This document shows, piece after piece, positions 27,850 to 43,000 of a stretch of 64,000 nucleotides of DNA (positions within the stretch are counted from its first letter, which is position 1; every line of letters begins with the position of its first letter). Both the position numbers and the translations under genes were made by a program. The stretch is from Eledone cirrhosa (taxonomy: Eukaryota): the NCBI GenBank assembly GCA_964016885.1, contig OZ024742.1, positions 84,940,001 through 85,004,000 on the forward strand, in the 5' to 3' direction. The notes below the pieces were generated by a model. That model ran no database searches, had not been told where the DNA came from, and saw nothing but the letters and a program-made list of their open reading frames with translations.

Positions 27850-29200
27850 AAACCTCTGTTTGTAATATGTAAAAGGGATACATGGCTCTCTTGACAACAA
27901 ATGTTAATGAGTTGTTGCTGGAAATAAAAATGAGATGCCTCGGGTTTAATAAATGAAAACCACACTGATCCCTAACAATGACGCAGCAGTTCATGAAGAC
28001 TGCAAATCCATATCATGCCTACCTGCAACCTACAAATCATTAATTGCAATACTACATTAGAAACTGACAAAGCATTTGCAGAAATCAACAGCTTGCAGAA
28101 GATCATACATGATCAGGTAACAAGACATATTGTTGATCAATCTTTAATTAACAATCTTTAAGCCTTAACAGAAAACTGCAGAAAAAGATAATATATTTCA
28201 GCATTGCATGAATTCATTATAAAAAAGGTTTTTGGCAGTGTTCTCCTTAGAAGGATCCTGAATACAAAACAGGGCCAAGAATAAAAACATTTATCTAACA
28301 TTTCAAGATTAAATGGCAACGATTTTTCCAGAAAGAAAACCAATAAATAGATGTCTAAAATCTGAGCCGATCTCAATTTACAGACAGATACTTCTCGTCT
28401 CTCTCCCTAATACTCACACAATAATCGTCGATTCTAAACTGGACTGGTCTTGACTATTAATGCTATGGCAAGCAATTTAAGTATTTCCTGTATATGGGCA
28501 ATCAAAGCCGTATGCTGAAGATGAGAGAAAACACATGGATTCTCAGAAGAAATAAACATGACATTTAGACTAGTAATATGTGCAAAAATAATCCTAAAGA
28601 GGGGAAATCTCGTGAAAAATTACATCATCCAAGATTTAAAAAATGAGATAAGAGATTTGGATCGAACACAGACAAAACATCTATTTAGAAACCAACGAAA
28701 CAGATGCAGAAGACATGTAGCAAGCAATGTTGTAGGCGGATTGGGTTACTCTTTCAGACAGAACTAAGTGCAAGGTATAGGATAATAGGCAAACATATTC
28801 AAGAAAATGTATTAATAAGCTACATTCTCAACATTCTGAACTGCACACTAAAATATGTAGCGAGGGTAGACAGAAAAAAATGAAAGAGTTTCGCATTAAG
28901 AATACACTACTCAAAATCAGATGTTGAAAGACTATATAAAACATGAACACCTGGAGGAAAAGGCATTTTGCAACGCGTAAACTGTTATAAAATAACCCCT
29001 GCATGAGTGAAAACATATCTCATGAAAAATAATAGAACGCTAATATAAAGAGACATGAATAAAAAAGAAGTTTGTATCTTCAAGGAATCCAACAATTTTT
29101 CATAAATTAAGAGATAATTAAACGGATATTTGGCAGCGGTGAAAGAACGTCGTATTAGGTTTCCCTCACACATAACACATACATATTTTATCCATTTGTT
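27850..29200 (+). mobile_element. Highly decayed Dong/R4-like RT remnant (continues at 33270-33480)
   Basis: TLIP..KSISCLPATYKSL near 27960-28045 parallels TVLI..RPITCLPVMWKLL of the first element; 33270-33480 reads WL..LK..FAAQDQ..TRNH..INHII. Confidence 0.5.
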
Positions 29201-31099
29201 AACAATACACAAGAGAACATTTCGAAGTGAGAATGGAAGTCTTTGAAAAGATAAAAGAAGTGGTCCCTGCTGGACCTGATTTTTAGGGCCCCCTTTAAGT
29301 CACCTGCAAAATATACAACCATGTTTGACCACTCAGCAAAAAGGAAATCAAATAAGTGAAATATTTACATCAATGGTCCTTACAAAGTTAAGATAGCACA
29401 GTTAAAAGACTACTTTGTTAATTTTTTTTCAAAACGACATCTTCCTACACAATGCTGTTACATCTGCGTTAATAATTCATAAAGTGAATATTAATCACAA
29501 GCGACATATCACTATATGAGATTGCCACATTTCAACAAGCTTCGCGTTACGGAGAACTTTGAGTATATGGAATCCATAGAATTAAAATACATCACAAGTG
29601 TTCATATATTCATGTTCCTGATCTGTGATTGAATATACATTCATTTTGTATATATTTTGAAAAGAAGATTAATTTCGATTCAAACTTAAAAGAACAATGA
29701 AAGAAGAAAGCTATAAAAAGAAGAAATAACAAGGACTAGTTGTATATTGATATTGAATAATAATGGTGATTCAAAGCCATCGGTCCTATTTCTTACCAAA
29801 TATTTTTATCCACGAATTCTGTAAGTACAAAGTTTCATTACTGAAACCAATTTCTAGGAAAAGCTTGCTCCTGAATATACACACAGGAATAAGAAACACT
29901 TATTTTCACACACACACAAGAATAAGAAGGAAAGCAAACATAGTAAAGACGATTATTAGACAACATGTCACCAAAATAATAGCATATCAAAATAAAAATT
30001 TTAAAAAATGGTCAGAGAACGAAATCAACATTCTAATAAATACAAGGTTTTGTATTTATCAAACAGAAAATGCTTCTTTTCTGAACTACTTTGGCAGAAA
30101 ACCATCATAAACGTCAAAAGAACATTGAGAGAGACAGATTTTGAGCAGTATATTGAAGCACATTGAGGTTTCTTTCATATCAATTCACAGTCATTTAAAA
30201 TAAATGGAATACTTTTTTTAAATCAAATATTGTTTAGCCAGAACATCAGAGCCAACTAAAACAATAAAAAACAGAAAGATCAACAACAACAACAACACTC
30301 AGCCCAGCAGCCCCTGCCACAGAGTGACCAACTCATTAACAAACAACCATTATACTCCACATTCCAGCTTTTCAAATTTGCAACTTTCTCAATCTACAAA
30401 ACATCATTACAGGTAATATAGAGAACTACTACTATCTCTCCAATTACTGATGAAGCAATCACATCTTCCTACAATCCCCTTCCAACTCAAACTACCTCCA
30501 GAAACAAACCTTTACCATCCTTGCCATCCTATACTGCAACTACTACCACTCCAACTAATGATGAAGCAGTCCTCTCTACAACGAATTACAGATGTTAACA
30601 AGCTGCTTTTACCGCTGCGCATCTATCGTAATGATATATATTTTGAATGGACGCGCATATAACGTTGGAACATAACTCAACCGTCGAACCATTTGACTTT
30701 GAAAGTAGAGCAAAGCAAAGGGGGTGTAAATTGAATTCAAAGTGTCACCTTCCGGTTTTCTTTCTTCATCACCGGACATTTTTAGGATTCAAAAATTCAT
30801 TTTTGTTTATATATGTATTTATTTCTTCATATATTCGTTTATCAAATTAACATGTATAAGAATGATAATTCCATACATTGGTGTGTCTTTGACGTATTTC
30901 TCTGGTAGAATCAGTGCGATAGACGGAGTAAAGCTCTCCTTTGAGTTAAATTTGTGCAAACTTCAATTTCCACCAGCGGCTTTTATTTTAATTTTATTTT
31001 TTCTTTCTTCTCCACACGCAGAATGTCCATTCCTACAGTAATCAGAAACTTGCCCTTCGAAAACCTACATCCATCACGACACCAGCATCGCAAACCTAT

Positions 31100-33014
31100 A
31101 CCCCATCCATTTTCAAGATGCTATTCAGCGCCCTAACACGACTGACATGACACACGCATTTTGATAAACAACGCTGCAAAAACCAGTTGACAGTCCCAAC
31201 CCCAATCATCAGAAGGAGCAACCGACAAAACATGCACCACATCAACAAGGGGAAGAGAAGCCCGATCTCTTCAGCATGTGACAGTTTCAATCATTTTCTA
31301 GTGTGGTCTGACAGTTCGAGCTTTGGACGGACTCCAAACTTGGCAATGCAGCAAATGCCTATTCTCCTCTGAGCAGCAGCATTCCTCCACCACACTCCCA
31401 GACACACAGCATACCTGTCCGATGCTCCACCCCCACTATTCAACATTGCTCGGCTCAGATGACTCCGGAATATCCCCCTCAAGATCCAGAAACACCCCGG
31501 GGGTCCATGGACGATGTCCTCGCAGCCTCCATTTGCAAAGCATTAGATATCGATCGAAAGACCAATTGAGAGCGTGGCCTTCACCAACAGATTTAATTTC
31601 GGCACACTGGACCATTATTCCCGAGCGCTTTTTTGTTCGGCCCACCTCAACGGTCTCAGGTGAATAAAGAGGGTGGAGTACGCCACAACGCGATAGGTAA
31701 CAACGATCATCTGAAAGTCTATTGCACCTGAGCTAGTGACGAACTCAGATCAGTGCAGCTGGGGGTGGTGTTGCTAGCGTTGCCCGGGAGCCGCCCTTGC
31801 CACTATACATTTAATTCAAAAATGTCTTGCCGAGCTGGTTCCGTGATATCCTAGGCATCTCATCGTCAACATTGGCATGAGAAACGCCTTCAACTGTTTG
31901 CTCTGCAACCACATACTCGAGGCTTGTCTCAGCCGTGCCCGATCGTCTACCCATTCGCCTACCAGTCACATGGGTCCACCAGCAATTCTTCGTCGTGATC
32001 ATACCATACTCAGTCCATAACATATGCTGGCATCGGGCGTCTCTTTCTTGTCTCAGAGGCCCAGCCTGCTATCCTTTCGTTGGTGACCTATTGCTATGTC
32101 CTCTTCAAAGTGGTTCTCTTCAACACAACAGAACGTACTGTAATCATGGAGCGCGCGGAGGCCTACGTAACACGGAACAGCGCTCAGACTCCGCCGTGTA
32201 AACAACCCCCTCCCTCCTCAGTAGATGCCCATTCCCCCCCAATTGATATGAGACGTCATCATAGGCTACTTGATATCAGACAAGGTGGTGCATTCGTTCA
32301 ACCAGCCTGGCCTGGCATGTTTCATATCGGCCTTCCAAACCCACTCAGTTAAGGGAGTTCCTTAACTTGCGACTGGGGCTCAGCTGGAGAGCGATTGCTT
32401 GTGCATTGGTGTTTCCCTGAGTCTCAGCCTCCACGTCTGTGAGCCATAAAAATGCAGCTACGTTTGGATTGTGGCTCATTTCATTCTCTATCCAGCATTA
32501 TATATTTACAGTGCTGGCCGCCTGCCACGCCTTTCAGCTCTCAACGAGATCATAAAGCATGACCTGCATGGCGCAGACTTCCTCCCTTCCTAACTCGAGC
32601 CAGCAGGGCTGGACCGAGGGGTCACTGAATGGCCAGGCGGTGTGATAATCTTCTAGTTTCGGGACTGGAGGAACTTCATCGGGGAAGTCAGATGCTGGGA
32701 CACGTACTAAAATGGCAACCTGGTGCGTTCGGCTAGTAGCCCCGGCTCTGCTGTCTGCCAAGCTGAAGAGGGCAAACTACAATTATTAGACGCTTTCGAA
32801 TATATTTGTGGTAGAGCCTATAGCAGTGGAGACTTCCGGTGTTCATCGTCCCCGGACAACATCCGTACACTCTGCTATCGGGGCTGATTTGGCCGCTCAT
32901 AGGCGCGAGACCCATGAGATGAACTGGCTGTTTCAGTGCATCACCCTCACTATCATCCGGAGCAATGCATTCTACATCCTGGCGGCCGGAACCCAGATGC
33001 GGAGGGGAAGTTAG
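31100..33014 (+). mobile_element. Decayed CRE-like (RLE) non-LTR retrotransposon
   Basis: MRNAFN near 31878; C-terminus SPGSAVCQAEEGK..EPIAVETSGV..WLFQCITLTIIRSNAFYIL resembles CRE-clade RLE ends. A related fragment lies at ~26420-27300. Confidence 0.55.
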
Positions 33015-35085
33015 TTGGTGGAGGAGTATACTCGCTCGGACGTCACTTAAACAACTAATGTATATTTGTATTTCATAGATATTATGTATGTTTATAGTGA
33101 CGAAATACATATAGGTCACTAATAGAATAAACATACAAAAACAAAGAATAGGAGACACTGCATAAATATATATAATCCAAATTGGAAACAGATCTCCACT
33201 CTGCTGTGTTAAACTAATGGCTCGAATAACCCGTACACGTCCAATATCCGGAAACACGGAGAGGAAAGGAGTGGACTAAGAATTTTCTCAAAACTGGTTA
33301 AGAATCACTAGACTAAAAGCCGTGTCTGACAGATTTCTATTTGCAGCACAAGATCAATGATTTCTCACCAGAAATCACCAAATATAGATAATGAACAAGA
33401 ACACTGTAAATATATATATATGCAGTATTGGCGAAAAAATAATTAACCACATTATCTGTGATTCTTCAGTCTTTGTCAAAATATTTATATCAATATATAT
33501 ATACACTGGCTATATTTATTATACACAGATACATTAACTTCATAGTGTCTTCCCTTTTGTTGCTAGGAAACATTTCGCTTAAACAATTTGTTGGGTTTTG
33601 ATTTTCTCAATAACAAAAATGAATAAATTTTGCTATTTTGTTTTGCTGTATGTCTTCTTCTGATAGACTATTTGAAACCTTTAGTTCGTCTGAGGTTCCT
33701 GTGCTACATATATTTAATGGTTTCTTTGTATTTCCTTTCATGATATTTTTGTTCACACATGCTGCATGTTCAGCATAATCTCTAGGCTGACTCTCTTTAA
33801 TTTAAGCCATTTCTTACATTTAGTAGCGGAGTCTCTTGTCCATTTTGGTGATGTTATTTCATTCTCTCCTTGTAATTCAGAGGGTTGGGTGTTGCATAAC
33901 AATATCCATGTCTATACAGTGACTTTCTTTCGGTTTTTACTTTGGTAAAAAGGAGATGGTGAAATGCGAAATGTTAAAAGCAAGATTGTAAAATGATAAT
34001 TATATTATAGTTGTAATTATTGTAAATAAATAATCATTCTCTCAAATTAAGTTCTATGTTTCGGCTTTGTTTTGTGTAAATATTTCAATTAATTGTTCTC
34101 ATATTTTTCAGAGGAGCGACTCATTGTCGTGTATGTTATTGCTGACGCTTACAGAACACCTAAAACATGTATACACTGATTGAAGTATAATAGGTGCTTT
34201 GGTCAGGGCAAAAAAAATATACATATAAATATATGATTAAAACTGAGAAAATCTCAAACACGTGCCCTGTCACCTCTAGGAGAAGCTAAAATAAATAAAA
34301 AAAGATTCTAAGGAACAAATCCAAGAATTCATTATAAAAAGAAATGATTGACATATATCCGTATATATTGAAGGTCATACATACACAAAATAACATATCG
34401 AACTTTAACAGAAGGTAATCTTTAGAGAATATAAAACACATAGTTCCTTAAAGTAAGTTATTAAACTTTAAGAAAAACTTCAAATATAGATAACTGGTAA
34501 AGTAATTAATCATGAGACAGCGAGAGAGAGCGTTGGCAGTTTGCAAAACCCATGTGCTTCTCTCGTTAGTGTCTGTTCTGTATGTCATGGGTGTGAGTTC
34601 AAATACATCGATTTCCTTCACTGGTGATCATTGATTAACTATTGAACTGCACTAAATATTGGTGAAACGTATTTCATAGATACAGAAGAATATGTACAAA
34701 GGAATATAACTACATTTTGATTCAATTATAATATGGTACCTAACAGAACTATGTATGCTTACATTGTCTATAGATAATAGCTTGTTAAATTTGATCTGTT
34801 ATTTTATGCATGTATGTCATTCGATATATATGTATGTATAAGAGATGTCAACATGAATGGGCCTGTTATTTTTATCTAAAGTTATTTTTTCCAATTACAA
34901 CATACCCATCTCCTCAATCTATTTTGTTTCTCATTCTTCCTTCTGATTAAGGACTAGCGCCCGAAACGTTAAGAGCCTCTTCCTTATATATCAAGCGTTA
35001 ACCTAATATATCCCTTCCATATACTGTACCGATTGTGTTGTTATTTCTGTTTATCTTTGATACACACACACACACACACACACAC

Positions 35086-35137
<52 letters not shown>

Positions 35138-37931
35138 TAGGGTAGTCCAGAATCCCACATTTTACACGAAAGGTTTTTTATCTTAGCTCCCTATGCATTT
35201 TCTCATGCGATTTTGTATATTATCAATTTATAATCTAATGTTGATTATTTCAGACTAATTTAAGCCTTCCCTAATAGTTGCAAATTGGCAGATTAATGAC
35301 GGAAACCAGTGGGCCTAGTTGTAGCTACTCGCTCCGTTGTGATGATCGAGAAATATGGCTCCTGGGGCAATATGTTACATCCTTTTCACCAAACAAAATA
35401 CCAACAAAGGGGATGATGTAAGATATTTTTTCTGCCTGAAAGATGGTCCTATGAAACACGAAAAGCATGTGAGCTTAAATGGTGCTATTGCAGATAGGCT
35501 TGTGATGGAAGTATTTAGTCAGTGGGAAAAAGATAGTGTGGCGACTCAACGAAAAGACAAAGTGAAACTGAAAATTATGAACATGTACAGTCAATACAGA
35601 AATTTACAAAAAGAATAAAAACAAAGGTTCTAAGTCAAACAAAGAAAAGGAAGCACTATTTATTTCTGAATTGGATTTGTATTTATACATTGCACATACT
35701 GATGCTGAAAAGAACATTTTGAAAGACCGTATTCGTAATAATGAACTGAAGATGGAAGATGCTATATTTCTCAAAGCCCTACGTTGCCAGAACAAAGTAT
35801 CTCTGGCTACTGAAGACAAGGGTTACCATGAAAAGGTATCTTCAAAGTTTAAGCGTGATCAGTTTTCTGTGGCTCGTCGAGAGTAAGAGAACCAGAGAAA
35901 TCGTTCGTCAAGATCTGTATCAGCACAATTTCCAGGCAATGAACTGAGTGATTCAAGTTCAACCAATGATGAAACTGAAGATAAACAGGATCCCGAATTT
36001 TAGGCCTCAAACCCACCCAGAGACAGCTCAAAGTCAGACAAGAAACGAACAATTCAGCTGGAACTGCCAAAGAATTCCATTTCAAAGTCCAAAAATGTCT
36101 CTAATGGCTGATCGTTTAAACCTGACACTGGGCCAGAGAACAGCATTTATGGCATCGATTATTTCTGAGGGTGGGACTGACATAGACGCCACAACTCTCT
36201 CCAAGAATAGTAGCAGATGTGCAGATAAGAAGATCAGAACTGTGAGGGCTGAACAGATAAAGGAACAATTTGTTGTACCAGACTTTGTTACCTTGCATTA
36301 GGATAGTAAAATAATTCCTGGTGACCACGAGAGGCTAGATGTGCTAGTTGCTGGAACTCCGGACTTCAGATAAGGTAAACTCCTCGGTGTTCCCATAATT
36401 CCTGATGGTACTGGAACCACCCAAGCAAAAGCATCATTTGATCTTGTTAAAGATTGGAATATTGATTGGTCTGTGCTGGGCTTGGTCTTCGACACAACTG
36501 CTCTGAATTCTGGAGGGAAAAATGGTGCCTGCGTGAAACTAGAAGAGATGCTCAGCAAAAGGGTGTTTTATTTTGCTTGTCGGCACCATGTCATGGAGCG
36601 TATCTTGTGTGCAGTGTGGCAACAACTATTCGGAGCAATGTCAAGTCCAGACACCCCAGAGTTCAAGTTCAAAAAAGATTGGATGTCACTCACGGACAAG
36701 ACCAACTTTAAAACATTGAACATTGTCGACCGGGGACTCAAGCGTCTGTGTTCTGAGAACATCAAGTTCCTCCAAGATTTGCTGATATCCGACGATGGGA
36801 AAATGAGTTCTCTTCCACGGGACGACTACCGAGAATGTGCCGAGTTGATGTTGATCTTGCTTGATGTCACCATTCCTCGTGGAATTCATTGGATGCTGCC
36901 TGGTGCACATCATAACACTTGGTAGATGTCCACAATCATCTATAGTGCAAAGATGTATGCATTTGGTGAGCGACTCAATGACGAGCAAGCTGAAATGGAA
37001 AAGTTGCGCCGGATCTGTATGTTCAATGCTCTGTTCTACGTACGATACTGACTGACAGCAGTTAAGTGTGCTGATGCACAATCCAATAACCTTCAATTCT
37101 ACGTGGAGTTGACACAGTACAGTAAGGTTCACAGAGATCTCTCGCAGGCAGCCACTACTGCTCCGAGCAGGCATCTTTGGTACCTGATGGAGGAAGCCAT
37201 TCCGCTAACGCTGTTTTCAAGTCGGGTCCAAGAGTCCGAGAAGAAACAAATAGCCCAACGTCTTGTCAAAACGAAAATCTCTGGGCCTCTCGACCGTGGT
37301 GCTCCAATATTTCCCGAGTTGAAGTCGTCCACGAAGCTGCATCATCTAGATGGGAAGAAACCAAGGCTTCTGTTCGATCTCCTTGGTCTCGACGATACTT
37401 GGCTTGAGCTGTCACCTGCAACTTGGTCATCACAAGCGTTATATCAAAATGCCTGTGCTGTTGTTCACAATATCACGGTAGTCAACGATCTGGTAGAGAA
37501 AGCAGTCAAGTTGATAACTGATTTTGTTGCCATCACCAATAATGAGGAGGAGAAGCAGTGTGTTCTTTAAGTAGTCGAAGCTCATCGTCGCAAGGTCCCA
37601 GATTTCGAAAAAGAAACTCTGACAAAAATATGACTGGAGTTAACTTAACTGAACTTGTTTCTTCCTTGTACGCCATTATATTCAAAGCTGGTTTACTAAA
37701 TATAATGGATTAATAAAATACACAATTATTGTATGGTCACATTTGGTTTCACATTTTCATGATTTCATGCAACCTAATCACACTTTCTACTATAATCACC
37801 ATGATATAGGCAAAGCTCAAAATAATTTATTTGATACAAAATATATTTAATTTTACCAATTGGGGCATTTACAATGAGAAAATACAGAGGGAGCGTTAGT
37901 ATTGTGACCTTACTTTTTATGGCACACGCTA
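35138..37931 (+). mobile_element. Complete hAT-superfamily (hATm-like) DNA transposon, transposase pseudogene 35355..37633
   Basis: Ends TAGGGTAGTCC / GGCACACGCTA (imperfect TIR). Exact 8-bp TSD ATATACAT at 35130-35137 and 37932-37939. Motifs LH*DSK, KLLGVP, FDTT, ACRHH (CxxH), PRDDYRE, RHLWYL, VVND.VE; several stops. Confidence 0.85.
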
Positions 37932-38048
37932 ATATACATACATACATGTAGAAACATATATATATACATGCATATATATACATACATACACATACATATG
38001 AATTCATACGCATACATATACATACATATACATACATATACATGCACA

Positions 38049-38109
<61 letters not shown>

Positions 38110-38269
38110 CCAATAAGGAACCCTCGTGGCTGATGACTTATCACATCCAGAGTCGGGCACAATCGGAACTGATTGTACTTTGAGCTGACTGGACGATTAA
38201 TATGTGGCACACATGGAGAAACCTAATGCGGATATTTTGATAGCTCCTTCTAACTCCGTATTATTTTGG

Positions 38270-38443
38270 CAGTATCGGCAGAGGGTGGGACGCCGTGCTT
38301 TCCAGCATAATTACGTCTCTTTACGGTCTGAGTTCAAAACCTGTCAAAGATAACTTTGCCTTTCATCCTAAAGGGGTCGATAGAATAAAGTACCAGTAAT
38401 GTACAGGATAATTGGTGCCTTGTGCCAAAAGTGGAAATAATTA
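38270..38443 (+). mobile_element. tRNA-derived SINE
   Basis: B box GAGTTCAAAAC, then CTTTGCCTTTCATCCT..GGGGTCGATA..AGTACCAGT; same family as 25432-25922. Confidence 0.75.
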
Positions 38444-38448
38444 TTATA

Positions 38449-39175
<727 letters not shown>

Positions 39176-39198
39176 ATATATATATATATATATATATA

Positions 39199-39850
39199 TG
39201 AAGACAAACATAGAATATTCGAAAATATTCTGTATGTTTATAATAAACATTTTGAAGACCTAATCGCTATAGAATAGAATACGTCACGTATTACAATTTG
39301 AGATTCTCGATAAAAGCAAGGGAAGTAACCTACGCGTTTCATTCTTATTTGAAATCATCAGGATTACATATCCAATGCTTTTATCGAGAATGACACAGCT
39401 AGAGACTTATAGAATACTTAGCTGTGTACAGGAACTGGTTTGAAAGAGCGGTTGCCGGTCCGGCAGAAATTAGAATTTGGATTTAATGCTCTGAAATAGC
39501 GATATATATATGTGAAGACAAACATAGAGCATTAAATCCAAATTCTAATTTCTGCCGGACCGGCAACCGCTCTTTCAAACCAGTTCCTGTACACAGCTAA
39601 GTATTCTATAAGTCTCTAGCTGTGTCATTCTCGATAAAAGCATTGGATATGTAATCCTGATGATTTCAAATAAGAATGAAACGCGTAGGTTACTTCCCTT
39701 GCTTTTATCGAGAATCTCAAATTGTAATACGTGACGTATTCTATTCTATAGCGATTAGGTCTTCAAAATGTTTATTATAAACATACAGAATATTTTCGAA
39801 TATTCTATGTTTGTCTTCACATATATATCGCTATTTCAGAGCATTAAATC

Positions 39851-39855
<5 letters not shown>
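39199..39855. mobile_element. Young family A foldback: two head-to-head ~313-nt units, each wrapping past its own junction
   Basis: Near-perfect inverted arms. TGAAGACAAACATAGA at 39199 and 39513; AGAGCATTAAATCC at 39526 and 39838; TA tracts on both sides. Confidence 0.9.
39651..39693 (+). ncRNA. Minimal type I hammerhead ribozyme (mirror copy 39325..39367 on -)
   Basis: GTAATC CTGATGA T-TTC-AAATAA-GAA-T GAAA CGCG TA GGTTAC; palindromic ACGCGT; stem I extended by the 15-bp helix TTCTCGATAAAAGCA/TGCTTTTATCGAGAA. Confidence 0.85.
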
Positions 39856-39912
<57 letters not shown>

Positions 39913-40017
39913 TAACAGATTAAAGTTTAAGCAAAGAATCGCTGCTTTCACTCTTCATGGGATCTTCTGAAAGTAAAATAATAAATCTGTGAACGCAGAA
40001 GTAATACGTTACACACA

Positions 40018-40048
<31 letters not shown>

Positions 40049-40052
<4 letters not shown>

Positions 40053-43000
40053 TAATGAAATGACAGGAGGCTGGATTTGTGTAAATCCTTGAAAGGTTTA
40101 TTATACTATGATCATTTCAATGACCGGGTTCCGTATGAATCCGGTGATATCATCAGGTATTCGAAATATAATACTTGAATGTAATAGGTAAAATCCATGG
40201 GGCTGAAAATCGAGACCCGAGGGCGACCGCTATTCTGTTCCTTCAACCTCAGCCGGTCGCCCTGGAGTGACGTGGCTAAATTTTATAGTATGCTACTACC
40301 GGTCAGATGAACGAAAACAGAAAGAGATGGGAGCATAGGTTAACGTCGATCCCATGACACAAGGTAAAAGAAAGAAAGAAAGGAAGGAGAAGAAGGGGGA
40401 AGAAAGAATAAGAGAAGTCAGGGTTAATGTCAGCTAAAAGAGGAAGGTAACTACTACTGGTCAGATATAGGCAAGCAAGAGGGGGAAGGAAGATAAGTCT
40501 GCGGGAGGAGGAGAGGAGAGAAGGAAGGGAAGAGAGAAGTAGAAAAGTAAGGGTTGGTGGCTACAAGAAGGAAGATAGAAAGGAAGAGGAAGAAAGGTCG
40601 ATATTAATGTCAGACCACAGTCAGGCCAGGAGTGGCGCGAGAAAATTTTCACAGGGACCCGCATCTTAGCGGAGATGAATATATTGGGAGTCAGTGTTTT
40701 ACAGTGTTTAGACTTCTAGGATGAAGTTAAAAAAATTTAATAATCAATATTCAATATTAAAGAGGTTAGAAAATTTAAAGTTCAACAGTTTAACAATTAA
40801 TTATATAATAGTTCCGATTTGTTCTGTAATTTAAAGGTACTATTTGGCGGTTAAAACAACGGCCGCGCCCCGGGCCACATGGCGAATTAAGCCACGCCGA
40901 GTATTTTCATTTACTGAAAGAAGGGGAAATTTATTTTTCCAAGCACTCCAGGTGAGCTCGTTCGCCAGGGAGCTGGTCGCGCCGCCATTAAAACCCACCC
41001 AACAGTCCGACAGAAAGTTGGAACTTTAAAATTTAGCTTAGAGAAGTAAAAGAGTAATGGTTGATAGCTACAAGAAGGAAGATAGAAAGAGAGAGGAAGG
41101 AAGGTCGATATTAATGTCACACCACAGTCGGGCCAGGAGTGGCGCGACAAAATTTTCACAGGGACTCGCATCTTAGCAGAGGTGAATATATTGGGGGTCA
41201 GTGTGTTACAATGTTTAGACTTATAGGATGAAGTTAAAAAATTAATAAATTAATAATCAATATTCCATATTAAAGAGGTTAGAAAACTTAAAGCTCAACA
41301 GTTTCAGGTTGATATATATAATAGTTCCGATTTGTTCTGTAATTTAAAGGTACTATTTGGCGGTTAAAACACCGGCCGCGCCCCGGGCCCCATGGCTAAT
41401 TAAGCCACGCCGAGTATTTTCATTTACTGAAAGAAGGGGAATTTATTTTTCAAAGCACTCCAGGTGAGCCCGTTCGCCAGGGAGCTGGTCGCGCCGCCGC
41501 TAAAACCCACCCAACGGTCCGACAGAAAGTTGGAACTTTAGAATTTTGCTTAACTCTATCGGATGAAGTTGAAAGAATTCAGAATAACATTATGAAACTA
41601 AGGAGTAAGAGGATTGAGAATTGAACAAACAGAAAATTGAAGATTAGACATTCAAATAACTTCTATGAGGTTTTGGGTTGCGGGGTTTAATTAAATAGTC
41701 TTTTATGAAGAAACGTTAATTGTATTATGTAGATCTGTAATTTATCCTAGTGGGATGTAGAGTACGGGATATAGTCGTGTAATGTTTAATTTTTGTTCTC
41801 AGGAGGAGACATTCTAGTGTCGTGTGCTAATGGGTACAGGTCCCAATGTGAGGAGTAGAAATACATGGATACATAGAAGTGGAATACGTGGAAGAGCTAA
41901 TGGGTACAGGTCCCAATGTGAGGGGTAGAAATACATGGATACATAGAAGTGGAATACGTGGAAGAGCACATTGGTACAGCAGAGGTATAAATATATAAAC
42001 ATATCAATATATAGGTATAAACATGTAAATAAACCAACAAGAGTGGTGTTGGAGTAAGATGGAGAAATCAGGACATTAATACAGCAAACAAAGATGTGAA
42101 GATATAGATAAACAAACAATAGTCGTTGTCTAGTAAATGTAGAGTTCAAGAGACAGGAGAAATACAATATAGTTCAGGTTGCGGTATTTATGTTCCCAGG
42201 GCGAAATATTCCAGTGACGTGTGCTGAGGGTACACGCGAATAAAAGTCCGAATAAGGGAAGTAGAAAGTACATGGATGTATAGAGGTAGAATACGTGGAG
42301 GAGCATTAATACAGCAAATAAAGATGTAAAGATATAAATAAACAAACAAGAGTCGTTGTCTATTAAATGGAGAGTTCAAGACACAGGAGAAATACAATAT
42401 AGTTCAAGTTGCAGTCAGATAATGCATATAGATGTGGAAACAGTGCGTGTTCGAGTCTGGGAGTTCAGTGTGAGTTATACATGCCCAGAAGTATAGGGTA
42501 GCCATATAGTTAATTCAGTGCAGTACAATACATGTTATGGTCCAGTTCGTGGAGTTTCATCGAAGTTCGGATATTCTGTGAGGGGAGTAGCAAAGGGCCA
42601 GGCGAAAGCACCGGGTAGCCAAAGTTCGAATTGTGGTTAGATATATTCAGTCCCATGCCGCTGTTGATTATTACATTTTGAAGTGCTCAACATTTCAGGA
42701 GCGTTATTTATTCAGGTTTGAGGTTCACCACTGTATAGAGCTGGTCTATTCCGTATGGTCAATCGTAATGCAATAATATAGAGAGTACTCAACGTAAAGC
42801 AGTTCAACCGTCTTTGTTTTTGTAGTTGGTGGTGCTATTACGGAGTTAAATATTATAATGAAATGACAGGAGGCTGGATTTGTGTAAATCCTTGAAAGGT
42901 TTATTATACTATGATCATTTCAATGACCGGGTTCCGTATGGATCCGGTGATATCATCAGGTATTCGAAATATAATACGTGAATGTAATAGGTAAAATCCA

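Noticed and set aside
34940-34973. CTGATTA..GCCC GAAA CG TT AAG
   Set aside because: Resembles a PLE minimal hammerhead but the core and stem II are mutated; not counted as supported.
38126-38180. CTGATGA motif
   Set aside because: No convincing stem II, GAAA or stem I.
39199-39855. Foldbacks as MITEs with TA TSDs
   Set aside because: Arm lengths and centres vary between copies of one family, single-arm copies exist, and units wrap around.
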